Position numbers and translations under genes: made by a program
Shown: piece by piece, positions 1 through 9,236 of the stretch
How the letters are laid out: each line of letters opens with the position of its first letter
Position numbering within the stretch: position 1 is the stretch's first letter
The notes under the pieces: model-generated
Seen by the model: only the letters and a program-made list of their open reading frames with translations
What the model was told of the DNA's origin: nothing
The model's database searches: none
Source: Nitrospirota bacterium
Lineage (GTDB): Bacteria; Nitrospirota; UBA9217
Reading direction: 5' to 3'
NCBI GenBank assembly: GCA_963840455.1
Contig: CAWIYV010000014.1
Coordinates: 512,001-576,000, forward strand
DNA: 64,000 bases

Positions 1-636
1 CGGGCGATCCGGACGAACAAGGGCGAGATCCCGATGGAGGACGTGGCCCGGATCTTCGTCAGCAGGGGCATGGCCTTTCTGAGCCTGAACGATCAGGACC
101 GTGCCATAGACGATTTCAGCAATGCGCTCGAGCTGGACGATAAGAACCAGGAGGCCGCCCTGAGCCGGGGCGGCGTTTATCTGAACCGGAAGCAGTACGG
201 GCGGGCGCAGGACGATTTCAGCATGGTGATCAAGCTGAACCCCCGGAGCACCGCGGCCTATGCCGGCAGGAGCAGGGCCTTCCAGGAAGCAGGCGACCAA
301 GATAGGGCCATCGCGGACCTCACGAAGCTCCTCGAGCTCGAACCGCATAATGTCGGCGCGCTGTACAGCATGGGGGTGTCCTACAAGGCCAAACGCCAGG
401 ATGAACAGGCGTTGGAGACCTTCGACAAGGTGCTCAAGATCGATTCGAACCATGCCGCCGCATCGTACCAGAAGGCGGGCATCTATGCACGCACGAAGAA
501 GATCGATTCCGCCTGCGTCTGGCTGGACATCGCGGTCGCCGATGGCTATCGCGATTGGGGCGCTCTGAAGAACGACCCGGATTTTGACACCATCCGCAAG
601 GTCGACTGCTACCGGAAGACCATGGCAGGCAAATAG
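1..636 (+). CDS. Tetratricopeptide repeat protein, probably 5'-truncated by the window edge
   Basis: Successive TPR-like units (AIDDFSNALELD, AIADLTKLLELEP). The frame is open from position 1. Confidence 0.85.
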   Translation, partial: RAIRTNKGEIPMEDVARIFVSRGMAFLSLNDQDRAIDDFSNALELDDKNQEAALSRGGVYLNRKQYGRAQDDFSMVIKLNPRSTAAYAGRSRAFQEAGDQDRAIADLTKLLELEPHNVGALYSMGVSYKAKRQDEQALETFDKVLKIDSNHAAASYQKAGIYARTKKIDSACVWLDIAVADGYRDWGALKNDPDFDTIRKVDCYRKTMAGK

Positions 637-703
637 TGGAAGAACGCTCCTGACGGGAAGATGCGGATGATGGCGCTGCGCCTCCATCCCGAAGGGCCCC
701 ACC

Positions 704-2125
704 ATGTACGATCTGATCGGAGCATATCTTGCCCGGCTTACCGCACTCACTCCCCGGCCGATCTATCTTGTCGGCGGCTCCGTCCGTGACCTGCTGAGCG
801 GGGCCCGGAACATCAAGGACATCGACCTCGTGATGCCGTCGGCCTCCGAGGATGTGGCGCGCACGTTCGCTGATCTCATCGGCGGGAGTTTTTTCTTCCT
901 CGACGAGGAACGGAAGGTCACGCGGGTGATGAAGCGCGAAGCGGACGGGGCGATCCAGTTCGACTTCACGAACTTCGAAGGGCCGGACCTTCATGCAGAC
1001 CTTGCGCGGCGGGATTTCACGGTCAATGCCATGGCCATCGACCTCAAGGCGTTCCTCGCGCAGGGATCTCTGGACGGGCTCATCGACCTCTTCGACGGCA
1101 GGGGGGATGTCCGGCAAAAGCTGGTCCGGGTCGCAGACCCGAAGGTGCTCGACGACGATCCGCTCCGGCTCCTCCGTGCCGTGCGGTTCGCGGCGACCCT
1201 TGGCTTCAGCATCGAGAGAACGACCGCGGAGCATATCAAGGCCCGTGCAGACCTTATCACCCGGCCGTCACCGGAGCGCATCCGGGACGAGCTCTTCCAG
1301 ATACTCTCGGTCAAGGGCGCGGGCCGACATCTTCTGCTCATGGAGTCACTCGGCCTGCTCAAAATACTCCTGCCCGAACTGGAGCCGCTCAAGGACTTTG
1401 CTCCCGGAAAACACCATCTCTACGACATCTTCACACACTCCCTTAAGACAGCAGAGTACGTGGACAGCGTCATGGAGAACTTTCCCAACCTATCGCCAGG
1501 ACATGCCGGTACGGTCCTCGCGCATCTCGACGAAGAGCTCGAACAGTTCGTGACCCGAAAAGCCGCTCTCCGCTTCGCCTGTCTCCTGCACGACAATGCC
1601 AAGACCGAGACCTACAGCCGTGATGAAGCAGGGGACATCCATTTCTTCGGCCATGACACGATCGGCGCCGACAAGGCGCTGTTCATCTGCCAGCGGTTCC
1701 GGCTGTCGAACGACACATCGTCGGTGGTGTCCAGGCTCGTTCGGCATCATATGCGTCCGCTCAACCTGTCCGCACCCGGCGGTCCGAGCAGGAGGGCGCT
1801 GTACCGCTACTGCCGGGACCTCAAGGACGCCGTGCCGGAGAGCATCATCCTGTCCCTCGCCGACGCAAAGGCGACCTTGGAGGTCATGCCCGCAGAAGGA
1901 TTCACCGACACGCAGAAGATCTCGGGGCAGGTCCTCGAGTACTATTACGGCAAGTTCCTCAAGGCCGAAGCGAAGCCTTTCGTGACGGGCAAGGACCTTA
2001 TCGCGCGGGGGATGGAACCGGGGCCGAGCTTCCGCGAGGTCCTCGACGACATCAAGGAGCGGCAGGCAGAGGGGACGCTGAAGGACCGGCAGGAAGCGCT
2101 GAAGTATCTCGACACCTTGCCGTAA
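704..2125 (+). CDS. Class II tRNA nucleotidyltransferase / poly(A) polymerase family protein with HD domain
   Basis: Motifs VGGSVRD...DIDL, RRDFTVNAM, DDPLRLLRAVRF, ERIRDEL and LLHD. Confidence 0.9.
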   Translation: MYDLIGAYLARLTALTPRPIYLVGGSVRDLLSGARNIKDIDLVMPSASEDVARTFADLIGGSFFFLDEERKVTRVMKREADGAIQFDFTNFEGPDLHADLARRDFTVNAMAIDLKAFLAQGSLDGLIDLFDGRGDVRQKLVRVADPKVLDDDPLRLLRAVRFAATLGFSIERTTAEHIKARADLITRPSPERIRDELFQILSVKGAGRHLLLMESLGLLKILLPELEPLKDFAPGKHHLYDIFTHSLKTAEYVDSVMENFPNLSPGHAGTVLAHLDEELEQFVTRKAALRFACLLHDNAKTETYSRDEAGDIHFFGHDTIGADKALFICQRFRLSNDTSSVVSRLVRHHMRPLNLSAPGGPSRRALYRYCRDLKDAVPESIILSLADAKATLEVMPAEGFTDTQKISGQVLEYYYGKFLKAEAKPFVTGKDLIARGMEPGPSFREVLDDIKERQAEGTLKDRQEALKYLDTLP

Positions 2126-2137
2126 CGGATATTCATC

Positions 2138-2409
2138 GAAGCTTCCTGCAGCAAGCTGCGGAGAATGCGCTTGCTCCTGGATTTAAGCTCCCTATAGCAA
2201 ACTGCGTGGAGCTTCGATCCTCAGGGTTGAACTAATTATTCTAATCGCTCGCTAACCCCGCAGCAAACTGCGGGGAATGCGCTCGCTCCTGGATTTAAGC
2301 TCCCTATGGCAAACTGCATGGAGCTTCGATCCTCAAAGTTGAACTAATTATTCTAATCGCTCGCTAACCCCGCAGCAAACTGCGGGGAATGCGCTCGCTC
2401 CTGGATTCA
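2138..2409. repeat. Tandem array of a ~112-bp palindromic dispersed repeat (two full units plus a partial unit)
   Basis: Units start at 2185 and 2297. Each contains CCCCGCAGCAAACTGCGGGG followed by AATGCGCTCGCTCCTGGATT. Confidence 0.9.
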
Positions 2410-2433
2410 TCCTTTTATGGTTCGGGGTGTCAC

Positions 2434-2679
2434 ATGTGCAGTGATAGGGAAAAGACCTACGAGGCGATGTCCGTCGAGGAACTGGAGGCGGAGCTTGCAA
2501 AGCTCAAGGAGAGCCTATGCGACCTTGAAGAAACGCACAACTTCACCTTCGGCAGGACCACCGTTCATATCGGCGCAGAGCGGGCGCAGGCCATGCAGGA
2601 GGAGTACGAAGCGGAATGTGCTCTGTACAGCGGACAGATCGCGAAGATCGAGGGGATCTTGAAAGTAAAGGGGGGATGA
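2434..2679 (+). CDS. Small coiled-coil hypothetical protein
   Basis: Coding-like codon usage from ATG 2434. The longer ORF start lies inside the repeat. Confidence 0.65.
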   Translation: MCSDREKTYEAMSVEELEAELAKLKESLCDLEETHNFTFGRTTVHIGAERAQAMQEEYEAECALYSGQIAKIEGILKVKGG

Positions 2680-2821
2680 CCGCCCGGCTCACTCTGTACA
2701 GTTTCAGAATTGCATGATTATACATACGGTTTTACTCAAATTCTGCTTGCAGAATTTCGCAAATTATGGTATTTATAACGCTCACAAGTGGTACAAATTC
2801 TTTTTGGAGGGGGTTCTCGGA

Positions 2822-3112
2822 ATGAAGAAGCTTACCGTTGTTCTGGTTGTTGTGCTGTCGCTGTGTCTCGTTGTATCGATGGCGTTCGCTGCCGATATGA
2901 AGAAGGGCACCATCAAGTCCGTTGACGCCAAGGCCGGCTCGGTCGTGGTGACCATCGACGGCAAAGATCATACGTACAAGGCCGACAAGGCCGTGGACCT
3001 CGGCAAGGTGAAGGCCGGCGAGGCCGTGGAGCTCTCGGTCGAGAAGGACACTGTGAAGTCCATCAAGGCCGCCGCTGCTGCTCCTGCGAAGAAGGCCCCG
3101 GTGGGCTGCTAA
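2822..3112 (+). CDS. Small secreted beta-rich protein with a flexible C-terminal ...PVGC tail (ExtJ-like)
   Basis: GGAGG RBS, signal peptide ending AFA, Ala/Lys linker and terminal Cys. Confidence 0.75.
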   Translation: MKKLTVVLVVVLSLCLVVSMAFAADMKKGTIKSVDAKAGSVVVTIDGKDHTYKADKAVDLGKVKAGEAVELSVEKDTVKSIKAAAAAPAKKAPVGC

Positions 3113-3135
3113 GCATCAACTGAGCCTGTTCTTCC

Positions 3136-3168
3136 AAAGGCCGCCTCATCCGAGGCGGCCTTTTCTGT
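3136..3168 (+). terminator. Intrinsic terminator
   Basis: AAAGGCCGCCTC-ATCC-GAGGCGGCCTTTT. Confidence 0.85.
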
Positions 3169-3210
3169 TGTTCTTCCCGCAGCTCTAATCGCTGCATTTA
3201 CCGTCTGTCG

Positions 3211-3771
3211 CTAGAAGTCAAATCCCGCCGAGAAGTATACAAGATATCTTCTGTCCTCGCCTGCCCCGAAGTCGAGCGGGACAGGGGTGTCCGAGACAGC
3301 GTTTCGAGCAAGGAGGCCGATGCTCGCCCCTTTCCTGAGGCCCTGCAAGGACATATCGTCCCGTGCGTTCCGATGTTTGCCGCACCGCCGGAAAGGACAA
3401 GGTCAACCGTTTCATGGCATCCGACTGATATTCGTCATCATCCGGCGGTAGCATCGCTGATGCACACCGCTCGCGCGCGCCGACAATGCCCCTCCGCGTG
3501 AGGCAGGCGACCCGAGCAGGAAATCGGTGCCTTCGATATCGAACTGCTCCTGTATGCGGAGAGTGCCACTCCCGTTAGCCGGCTAGAGACATCGATGTCG
3601 GGTGTGGCGTTCGGCCGACCGGCCGGCATCGTTCGCTGGCCAACGACGTTGAGGGGATCGACGTTCCCGACCGTACGCAGCGACACGGTACTCGTGAGGA
3701 CCCCTGATCAGGATGTCGGAAGGTGCAGGGAAGAGTACTATAGTCGCAACGGCTCGATCATGACCACGCAT
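3211..3771 (-). pseudogene. Degraded outer-membrane beta-barrel (Omp85/patatin-BamA-like) gene remnant
   Basis: The last frame reads DTPVPLDFGAGEDRRYLVYFSAGFDF*, a beta-signal with terminal Phe. Upstream fragments are split across frames. Confidence 0.5.
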
Positions 3772-3909
3772 GGGTTCGCCTGTTTTCAGCTTGCCATTGC
3801 GGCGTGTCCTGTTCTATAATGACCCGTGGACGGGAGATGTGCGTCGGCGGGCCGGGGGCCTGCCGTGAGCTGACCTTGCATGAGGGCGGGGGCCAGCGGG
3901 GAGGAACGT

Positions 3910-4242
3910 ATGAAGAGGTGGTTCTGGTCCGGAATTGCTGCGTCATTGCTTGCCATGTCGTACGCCTGGGCGGAGACCGGAGGCGGCGAAATCATATTCG
4001 ACATCGAGGGCACGCCAAGCGTGGTGTTCAGCCATGAAAGCCATGTGGGCGCCGCGAAGAAGAAATGCAGCGAATGTCATTATGGGATCTATACGAACCA
4101 TTCGCAGCGCAAGACCGTGGGGATGGCGGCGATGCGGGCCGGGAAGTCATGCGGAACCTGTCATGACGGGAAGAAGGCCTTCGGCGTTGCGAGCAGTCAG
4201 AACTGTGAAAAGTGCCATAAGAAGCCGGCGCCGCTGCAATAA
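3910..4242 (+). CDS. Triheme c7-type cytochrome
   Basis: Signal peptide, VVFSHESH, and three CxxCH motifs (CSECH, CGTCH, CEKCH). Confidence 0.9.
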   Translation: MKRWFWSGIAASLLAMSYAWAETGGGEIIFDIEGTPSVVFSHESHVGAAKKKCSECHYGIYTNHSQRKTVGMAAMRAGKSCGTCHDGKKAFGVASSQNCEKCHKKPAPLQ

Positions 4243-4407
4243 GGGAGCCTGCCTGGTCGGGTAAGCGTTCTTTCGACGTCGCTGCGCTTGCGTGGCCCTG
4301 CAGGATGAGATGCCGCTGTATTTTCCGCAGTTATCGGGGAACTCGATGGAGCACCTGGCCGGGGATGCGGGTGACGGCAAGCCGAGTTCCCTCATGTGAG
4401 GTATGCT

Positions 4408-4659
4408 ATGATGAATAGCGCTGGACGAAGAAAGAGCGACTATGATGTTGCCAGCTGTCGTTGTCATCGCTTCGGGGCGATTGCCGTACTCAAGGGGTTC
4501 GTGACCATCGAAGAAGTGAAGGCGGCGATCATGGATCAGGTCGAGGACGACCTCAGCGGCTGCGAACACCGCCTCCTCGGCAGTATCCTGTTCGAACGGG
4601 GCCTGATCACCGAGAACCAGATCGAAACGGTCATGCTTGAGCTCCGGAAACAACTGTAA
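4408..4659 (+). CDS. Stand-alone MshEN-like small protein
   Basis: Two motifs, RFGAIAVLKGFVTIEEVKAAIMDQ and LLGSILFERGLITENQIETVM. Start codon uncertain. Confidence 0.7.
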   Translation: MMNSAGRRKSDYDVASCRCHRFGAIAVLKGFVTIEEVKAAIMDQVEDDLSGCEHRLLGSILFERGLITENQIETVMLELRKQL

Positions 4660-4930
4660 TGGTCCCGGCTGTTATCCGCCCCCCTCGATCCTCGCCTGCG
4701 CCTTTCTCCGAAGGGAAGCTTCGCTCCAGTTCTTCTGCCCGACCTTGACACTTCTTTGTTTTCTCGATAGACTTTCATTGTACCGACCAGCATGTGCTCC
4801 ACGATCGTGGTCACCGCTGGTTCGGGTCCGTTCCGGCGTTGTACCCCGGTCATATGCCGGTCCTGCAATTTCAGGATACACTAACGACCCTATGCGATTT
4901 CAATAAGCCAGAAGGACTGAAGGGGCAGCC

Positions 4931-6076
4931 ATGTGTGACAGGGAAAGCGGGCAGAACAGCTTGGGAATAAGGACGATCCCCGTGCAGCAGGCCGTTGGAT
5001 CTGTTCTTGCCCATGATGTGACCGAGATCCGGAAGGGCGAGTTCAAGGGTCCGGCGTTCCGGAAGGGCCACATTGTGCGGCAGGAGGACGTCTGTCATCT
5101 CCAGCGGCTCGGCAAGGATAACCTGTTCGTGCTGTCCCTGGGGCCCGATGATATGCACGAGGATGAGGCGGCTGTTGCGATCGCCCGGGCGCTGATGGGG
5201 GAGGGTGTCGCGATCAAGGGCGAGCCGCGCGAGGGAAAGATCACGGTCATTGCCGCGCGGGACGGCCTGCTGAAGATCGATGTCAATGCCCTCCGGGCGT
5301 TCAATATGCTGGGCGATGTGATGTGCGCAACGCTGCATACTAACACGGTCGTGAAGAAAGGGCAGGAGGTCGCCGGGACGCGGGCGATACCCCTGGTGGT
5401 CAAGAAAGCCGTGGTTGACAGGGCCGTGAAGATCGCACAGCAGGGTCCGGGAACCAGGGGCCAGGGCCCAGGGGTGCTGGACGTGAAGGAGATTCGGAAG
5501 CCCCGGGCCGGAGTGGTCATCACGGGGAATGAGGTCTACCACGGAAGGGTCAAGGACGAATTCGCGCCGATCATCGCGAAGAAGATCGAGGAGTACGGCG
5601 GGGAGATCGTGGGGACCTACTACGCGCCTGATGACGAGCGGTTCATTGCCGAGCGTTTACGGGAATTGCTGAATGCCGGCGCCGACCTGCTGATCACCAC
5701 CGGCGGCATGTCCGTGGACCCCGACGACGTGACGCGGTTCGCCATCAGGAGCCTGGGCGCCACGGACATCACCTATGGCTCGGCGGTCCTGCCGGGGGCG
5801 ATGGTGCTGGTTGCTTATCTAGAGACAAGAGAAGAGAGACGAGCGACAAGCGACAGCAAGCACTCTTCCCTCGTGCCTCGTTCCTCGTCACTGGTACCCA
5901 TCTTGGGCATTCCCGCCTGCGGCATGTATCACAAAACGACGGTGTTTGACCTTGTCCTGCCGCGCGTCCTTGCCGGCGAGCGGATCGGCCGCGAAGAACT
6001 CGCCGAGCTTGGCCACGGCGGTCTCTGCCTGCATTGTTCAGAATGCCGCTACCCGGTCTGCCCCTTCGGGAAGTAA
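4931..6076 (+). CDS. Molybdopterin-binding (MoeA/MoCF-biosynthesis-like) protein
   Basis: Motifs LAHDVTEI, VITGNEV, TGGMSVDPDD, GSAVLPGAM and GGLCLHCSECRYPVCPFGK. Confidence 0.85.
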   Translation: MCDRESGQNSLGIRTIPVQQAVGSVLAHDVTEIRKGEFKGPAFRKGHIVRQEDVCHLQRLGKDNLFVLSLGPDDMHEDEAAVAIARALMGEGVAIKGEPREGKITVIAARDGLLKIDVNALRAFNMLGDVMCATLHTNTVVKKGQEVAGTRAIPLVVKKAVVDRAVKIAQQGPGTRGQGPGVLDVKEIRKPRAGVVITGNEVYHGRVKDEFAPIIAKKIEEYGGEIVGTYYAPDDERFIAERLRELLNAGADLLITTGGMSVDPDDVTRFAIRSLGATDITYGSAVLPGAMVLVAYLETREERRATSDSKHSSLVPRSSSLVPILGIPACGMYHKTTVFDLVLPRVLAGERIGREELAELGHGGLCLHCSECRYPVCPFGK

Positions 6077-6208
6077 GTCCTTCTGCCTGCCCTGCGCCTG
6101 CCCGCTATTCCGAGATCAGGCATACGATTCCAACCATTCCCACTCGTGCTTTTTATTGGTCCTTTCAAGGGCAGATAAGATTATGTGACAAGTGGGCCCG
6201 TCGGCGCG

Positions 6209-7315
6209 CTATTGCTCAGGAACATATCTGGTCTTGATCAGGACGAGCGCGCCGATGATCGTTCCGCAGATATTGCAGACGAGGTCGGTCGCGGATGAGT
6301 TCCTCATGGGAAGGTAGGCCTGCGTAACTTCTATGGCCAGGCTGAATGCGGTTCCCGCAGTAACGGTAGCAAGCACGACGTGCCTTGCAGAAAGCGAACT
6401 AGTCCCCCGCAGCAGAAAAGAGAAAAAGAAACCGAAGGGAACAAAGCCCGCAATATTGATGAAGATATCCTCGGCGTCCGGCAATAATCGCCAACCCCGT
6501 TCCCAGGGAAGTTCGAGCATGGTGCGGTGGACCGGCTGAAAAGCATGGGTGACCACAAGGTCCGGCAGTGGTCCTGAGCGGTTGACGGCGAGCGGGGCAT
6601 CGCGTCGGTCGAAATCGTATTCCGCAATGACGCCCTGTTCAATCACTGGGGGACGAATGCCGATCTTCGGCCATCCGCGCGCATGCAGCCGTACTTCGTG
6701 GTCCTGCAGCGCACGGTCATAGATCCGCAGGCCCAGAAGATCGCCGCTCCAGAAGGACCGTCCGGGGTGTGCATTGCCGATCACGAGGTATCCTGTAAGT
6801 CGGACCGCACCGGGGAGGAGAGAATGCCGGGGGAAGGTCCGAGCACGGTCGCCGTCCAGGAAGACGGCCGTCTCCTGTTCCGATGCTGTCACCGTGATCA
6901 GGCGGGTCCGGTCTTGATGCAGAGCATTGGCAACGCCGATCTCTCGGTAGCGCTTCGATGGGGGGGATGATCTTTCAGGCCTCCGTATGATCAAGGTCGA
7001 CTTCCACTGGCCGATAAAGAGGTATTCAATGCCGCTGACATCACAGATGGAGACCATGGCAGGAACGTCCTTAAGTGGTTCCTGATGGGGACGGACCAGT
7101 ATCTCGAGACTAAATGACCTGTTCCGGAACAAGGTGTCGGAAAAGGAGAACGGTTCCCGGGAGCGTGCGTTTCCGACACCCGCCAGGCGGAGCCCATTTT
7201 CCTCGCGGAGCAGCATCACCCCGTTGTCCGGATGGAAATCAAAGGGCCAGAGGCCGGCGACAACAAAGACTCCGCAGAGGAGTAGAAGGATCGTTATGAG
7301 GGCTTTCCGATTCAT
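6209..7315 (-). CDS. LamG-like plus VanZ domain membrane protein
   Basis: WSGDLLGLRIYDRAL (LamG-like); NIAGFVPFG, SLAIEVTQAYLPMRNSSATDLVCN (VanZ). Confidence 0.8.
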   Translation of the reverse strand: MNRKALITILLLLCGVFVVAGLWPFDFHPDNGVMLLREENGLRLAGVGNARSREPFSFSDTLFRNRSFSLEILVRPHQEPLKDVPAMVSICDVSGIEYLFIGQWKSTLIIRRPERSSPPSKRYREIGVANALHQDRTRLITVTASEQETAVFLDGDRARTFPRHSLLPGAVRLTGYLVIGNAHPGRSFWSGDLLGLRIYDRALQDHEVRLHARGWPKIGIRPPVIEQGVIAEYDFDRRDAPLAVNRSGPLPDLVVTHAFQPVHRTMLELPWERGWRLLPDAEDIFINIAGFVPFGFFFSFLLRGTSSLSARHVVLATVTAGTAFSLAIEVTQAYLPMRNSSATDLVCNICGTIIGALVLIKTRYVPEQ

Positions 7316-7607
7316 ATTGGTCGCGAGCTTGTCGTTGACACCACGGCATCAGAAATCGGACGGTGAGGGAAGAACATATCTGGCTGATATACAGGAAGAA
7401 GTTCTTGCCCGAAAAATATATCATAAAATCAATGATACAAACAGCATTAAGTGCTTGTCTGAGGACGTATGATAATTATTCCTTGCAAGCAAGGCGCCCA
7501 TAGAACTCGCGGTCTCGAATGGTGGGGTGGAAGGATTTCGTTGGTATGTACCATCGGAGTCTGTTAGAATGGCGCAATCTGCAGCTGAAAACTATCGACT
7601 CCCAAAG

Positions 7608-8078
7608 ATGAACTTCATGCAAAAATTCAAATATTGGATCCCGGTCATCATGACGATGGTATGCATCTATTGGATGTCAACCGATACTCTCTCCTCGCGA
7701 AGTACCATGCATATCATCGAGCCGATACTCCGTTTCTTTGCGCCGTCCCTTTCACGAAAAGAGATCTTCATGATCCACGGCGTTATCCGGAAGGCTGCCC
7801 ATGTGATCGTGTATCTCATCCTCGGGATATTGCTGTTCCGGGCGTTCCGGGCCGGCTCACACGAGCGGCGTTGGTGGCGATGGGTAAGCTCTTCTCTGGC
7901 AGTTGTTGTGCTGTACGCGATGACCGACGAGTTTCACCAGCTGTATGTCTCCGTGAGAACGGCTTCTCTTGTCGATGTCGGCCTTGATACCTTCGGCGGT
8001 TTGCTTGCTCAGCTTGTCAGCGTAATCTATTACGATCGACGGCGGCGGGAAGAACAGCACTTCGAAAACGCACCCTGA
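7608..8078 (+). CDS. VanZ family protein
   Basis: IRKAAHVIVY and YAMTDEFHQLYVSVRTASLVDVGLD. Confidence 0.85.
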   Translation: MNFMQKFKYWIPVIMTMVCIYWMSTDTLSSRSTMHIIEPILRFFAPSLSRKEIFMIHGVIRKAAHVIVYLILGILLFRAFRAGSHERRWWRWVSSSLAVVVLYAMTDEFHQLYVSVRTASLVDVGLDTFGGLLAQLVSVIYYDRRRREEQHFENAP

Positions 8079-8119
8079 AGAGTGCGGCTGCTCGCTTGAG
8101 CCTGCGAGAATCGCTCCTC

Positions 8120-9235
8120 TTAGTTCTTCTTCCGCGGCTCGGGAAAACAGACCGGACAATAAGGTTCGCCCTCGTCCAGAGGGCAGACGTGCCCTCACTC
8201 GGGACAGCAGATGCAGTCCCTGATCGGGAGCTTGCAGACGGGGCAGAGAGAATCCTTCTCCTCGGCCATTTTAACCATTCTACCGGTAACCAGCACTGTA
8301 TTCCCAAGATCCTTGACCGTCATTTTCTTGAACCCGACCTTCGCGAGCCAGCCCTTCATCTCCTTCGGCGTGTAGCTCCTGCCACCAGCAGTGTTCACCA
8401 GCATGTTCACGGAGAACAGCGCGCCGGGCACCGGCGATGCATGATTCTCGTTCAGCTTGAACTCATGGATCGCGATCTGCCCTCCTGGTGAAAGCGCTTT
8501 GAACACCTTGTTGAGCAGTGCGAGATTCTCGATTGGGCTGTGGGAGTGAAGCACCTGGCTCAGAAGCGCCAGGTCGTAGCCGCTGCCGATCTCGTCGAAA
8601 TGGAAGTCTCCGCCACGGAACGCGATGCCCGTCGCACCGGAGCGTCGGATCAGGTCCTGTGCGACCTCGAGGGTGTCGGGAAGGTCGAATAGGGTGACGA
8701 GGATGCCTTTCTTCGCCAGCTCGATGCCATAGGTGCCTGGTCCGCCGCCCAGGTCCAGCGCTTTTTTCACTCCGCGCAGATCGAGCGCCATGATGACATC
8801 CCTGGCACGCATCATGGCATTGTTGTGCATGGCTTTGATGAACACATCGTGGTCCCTGGTTCCGGCGCGGTTCGGCATACCCGTCCTGACGACCGCTTCG
8901 AGGCCGGACCAGTTCTTCCAGAGCGTGTCCGCGTGCCGCAGCATGTCACCCTGGTACCAGGGGCTGTCCGGGAGGAGGAAGCGCCTTGCCGGGGGAGCGA
9001 GCCGGTAGGTCCTGCCTGACTTCCTGAGCAGTCCCAATGAGGCGACCGCATCGAGCAGGATCTCCGTTGCCCGGGGGTCGGTCTTGAGGACACTGGCCAG
9101 ATCATCAGCGGTGCGGCCCTTCCCGATGTTTTCGAATACCCGAAGATTGTTCGCCGTAAGGATGACCCGCGAGGCGCGGAACCCGCCCCAGAGGCGGGTG
9201 AACTCCATTACTTCCCTGTTCATCGCACTCTCCAT
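8120..9235 (-). CDS. Class I SAM-dependent O-methyltransferase with a Cys-rich C-terminal extension; TGA at 8195-8197 is a candidate selenocysteine codon (conventional end 8195)
   Basis: LDLGGGPG motif and N-terminal dimerisation domain. The tail reads CPVCKLPIRDCICCPE*GHVCPLDEGEPYCPVCFPEPRKKN then TAA. Confidence 0.75.
8163..8194 (-). promoter_or_regulatory. Candidate bacterial SECIS element
   Basis: Directly after UGA: GGGCACGUCU-GCCCUC-UGGAC-GAGGGC, a 6-bp stem with a G-containing loop starting 16 nt after the UGA. Confidence 0.55.
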
Positions 9236-9236
9236 A

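Noticed and set aside
2138-2409. Possible CRISPR array
   Set aside because: The whole 112-bp unit repeats, with no unique spacers; no cas genes; the same unit is dispersed elsewhere.
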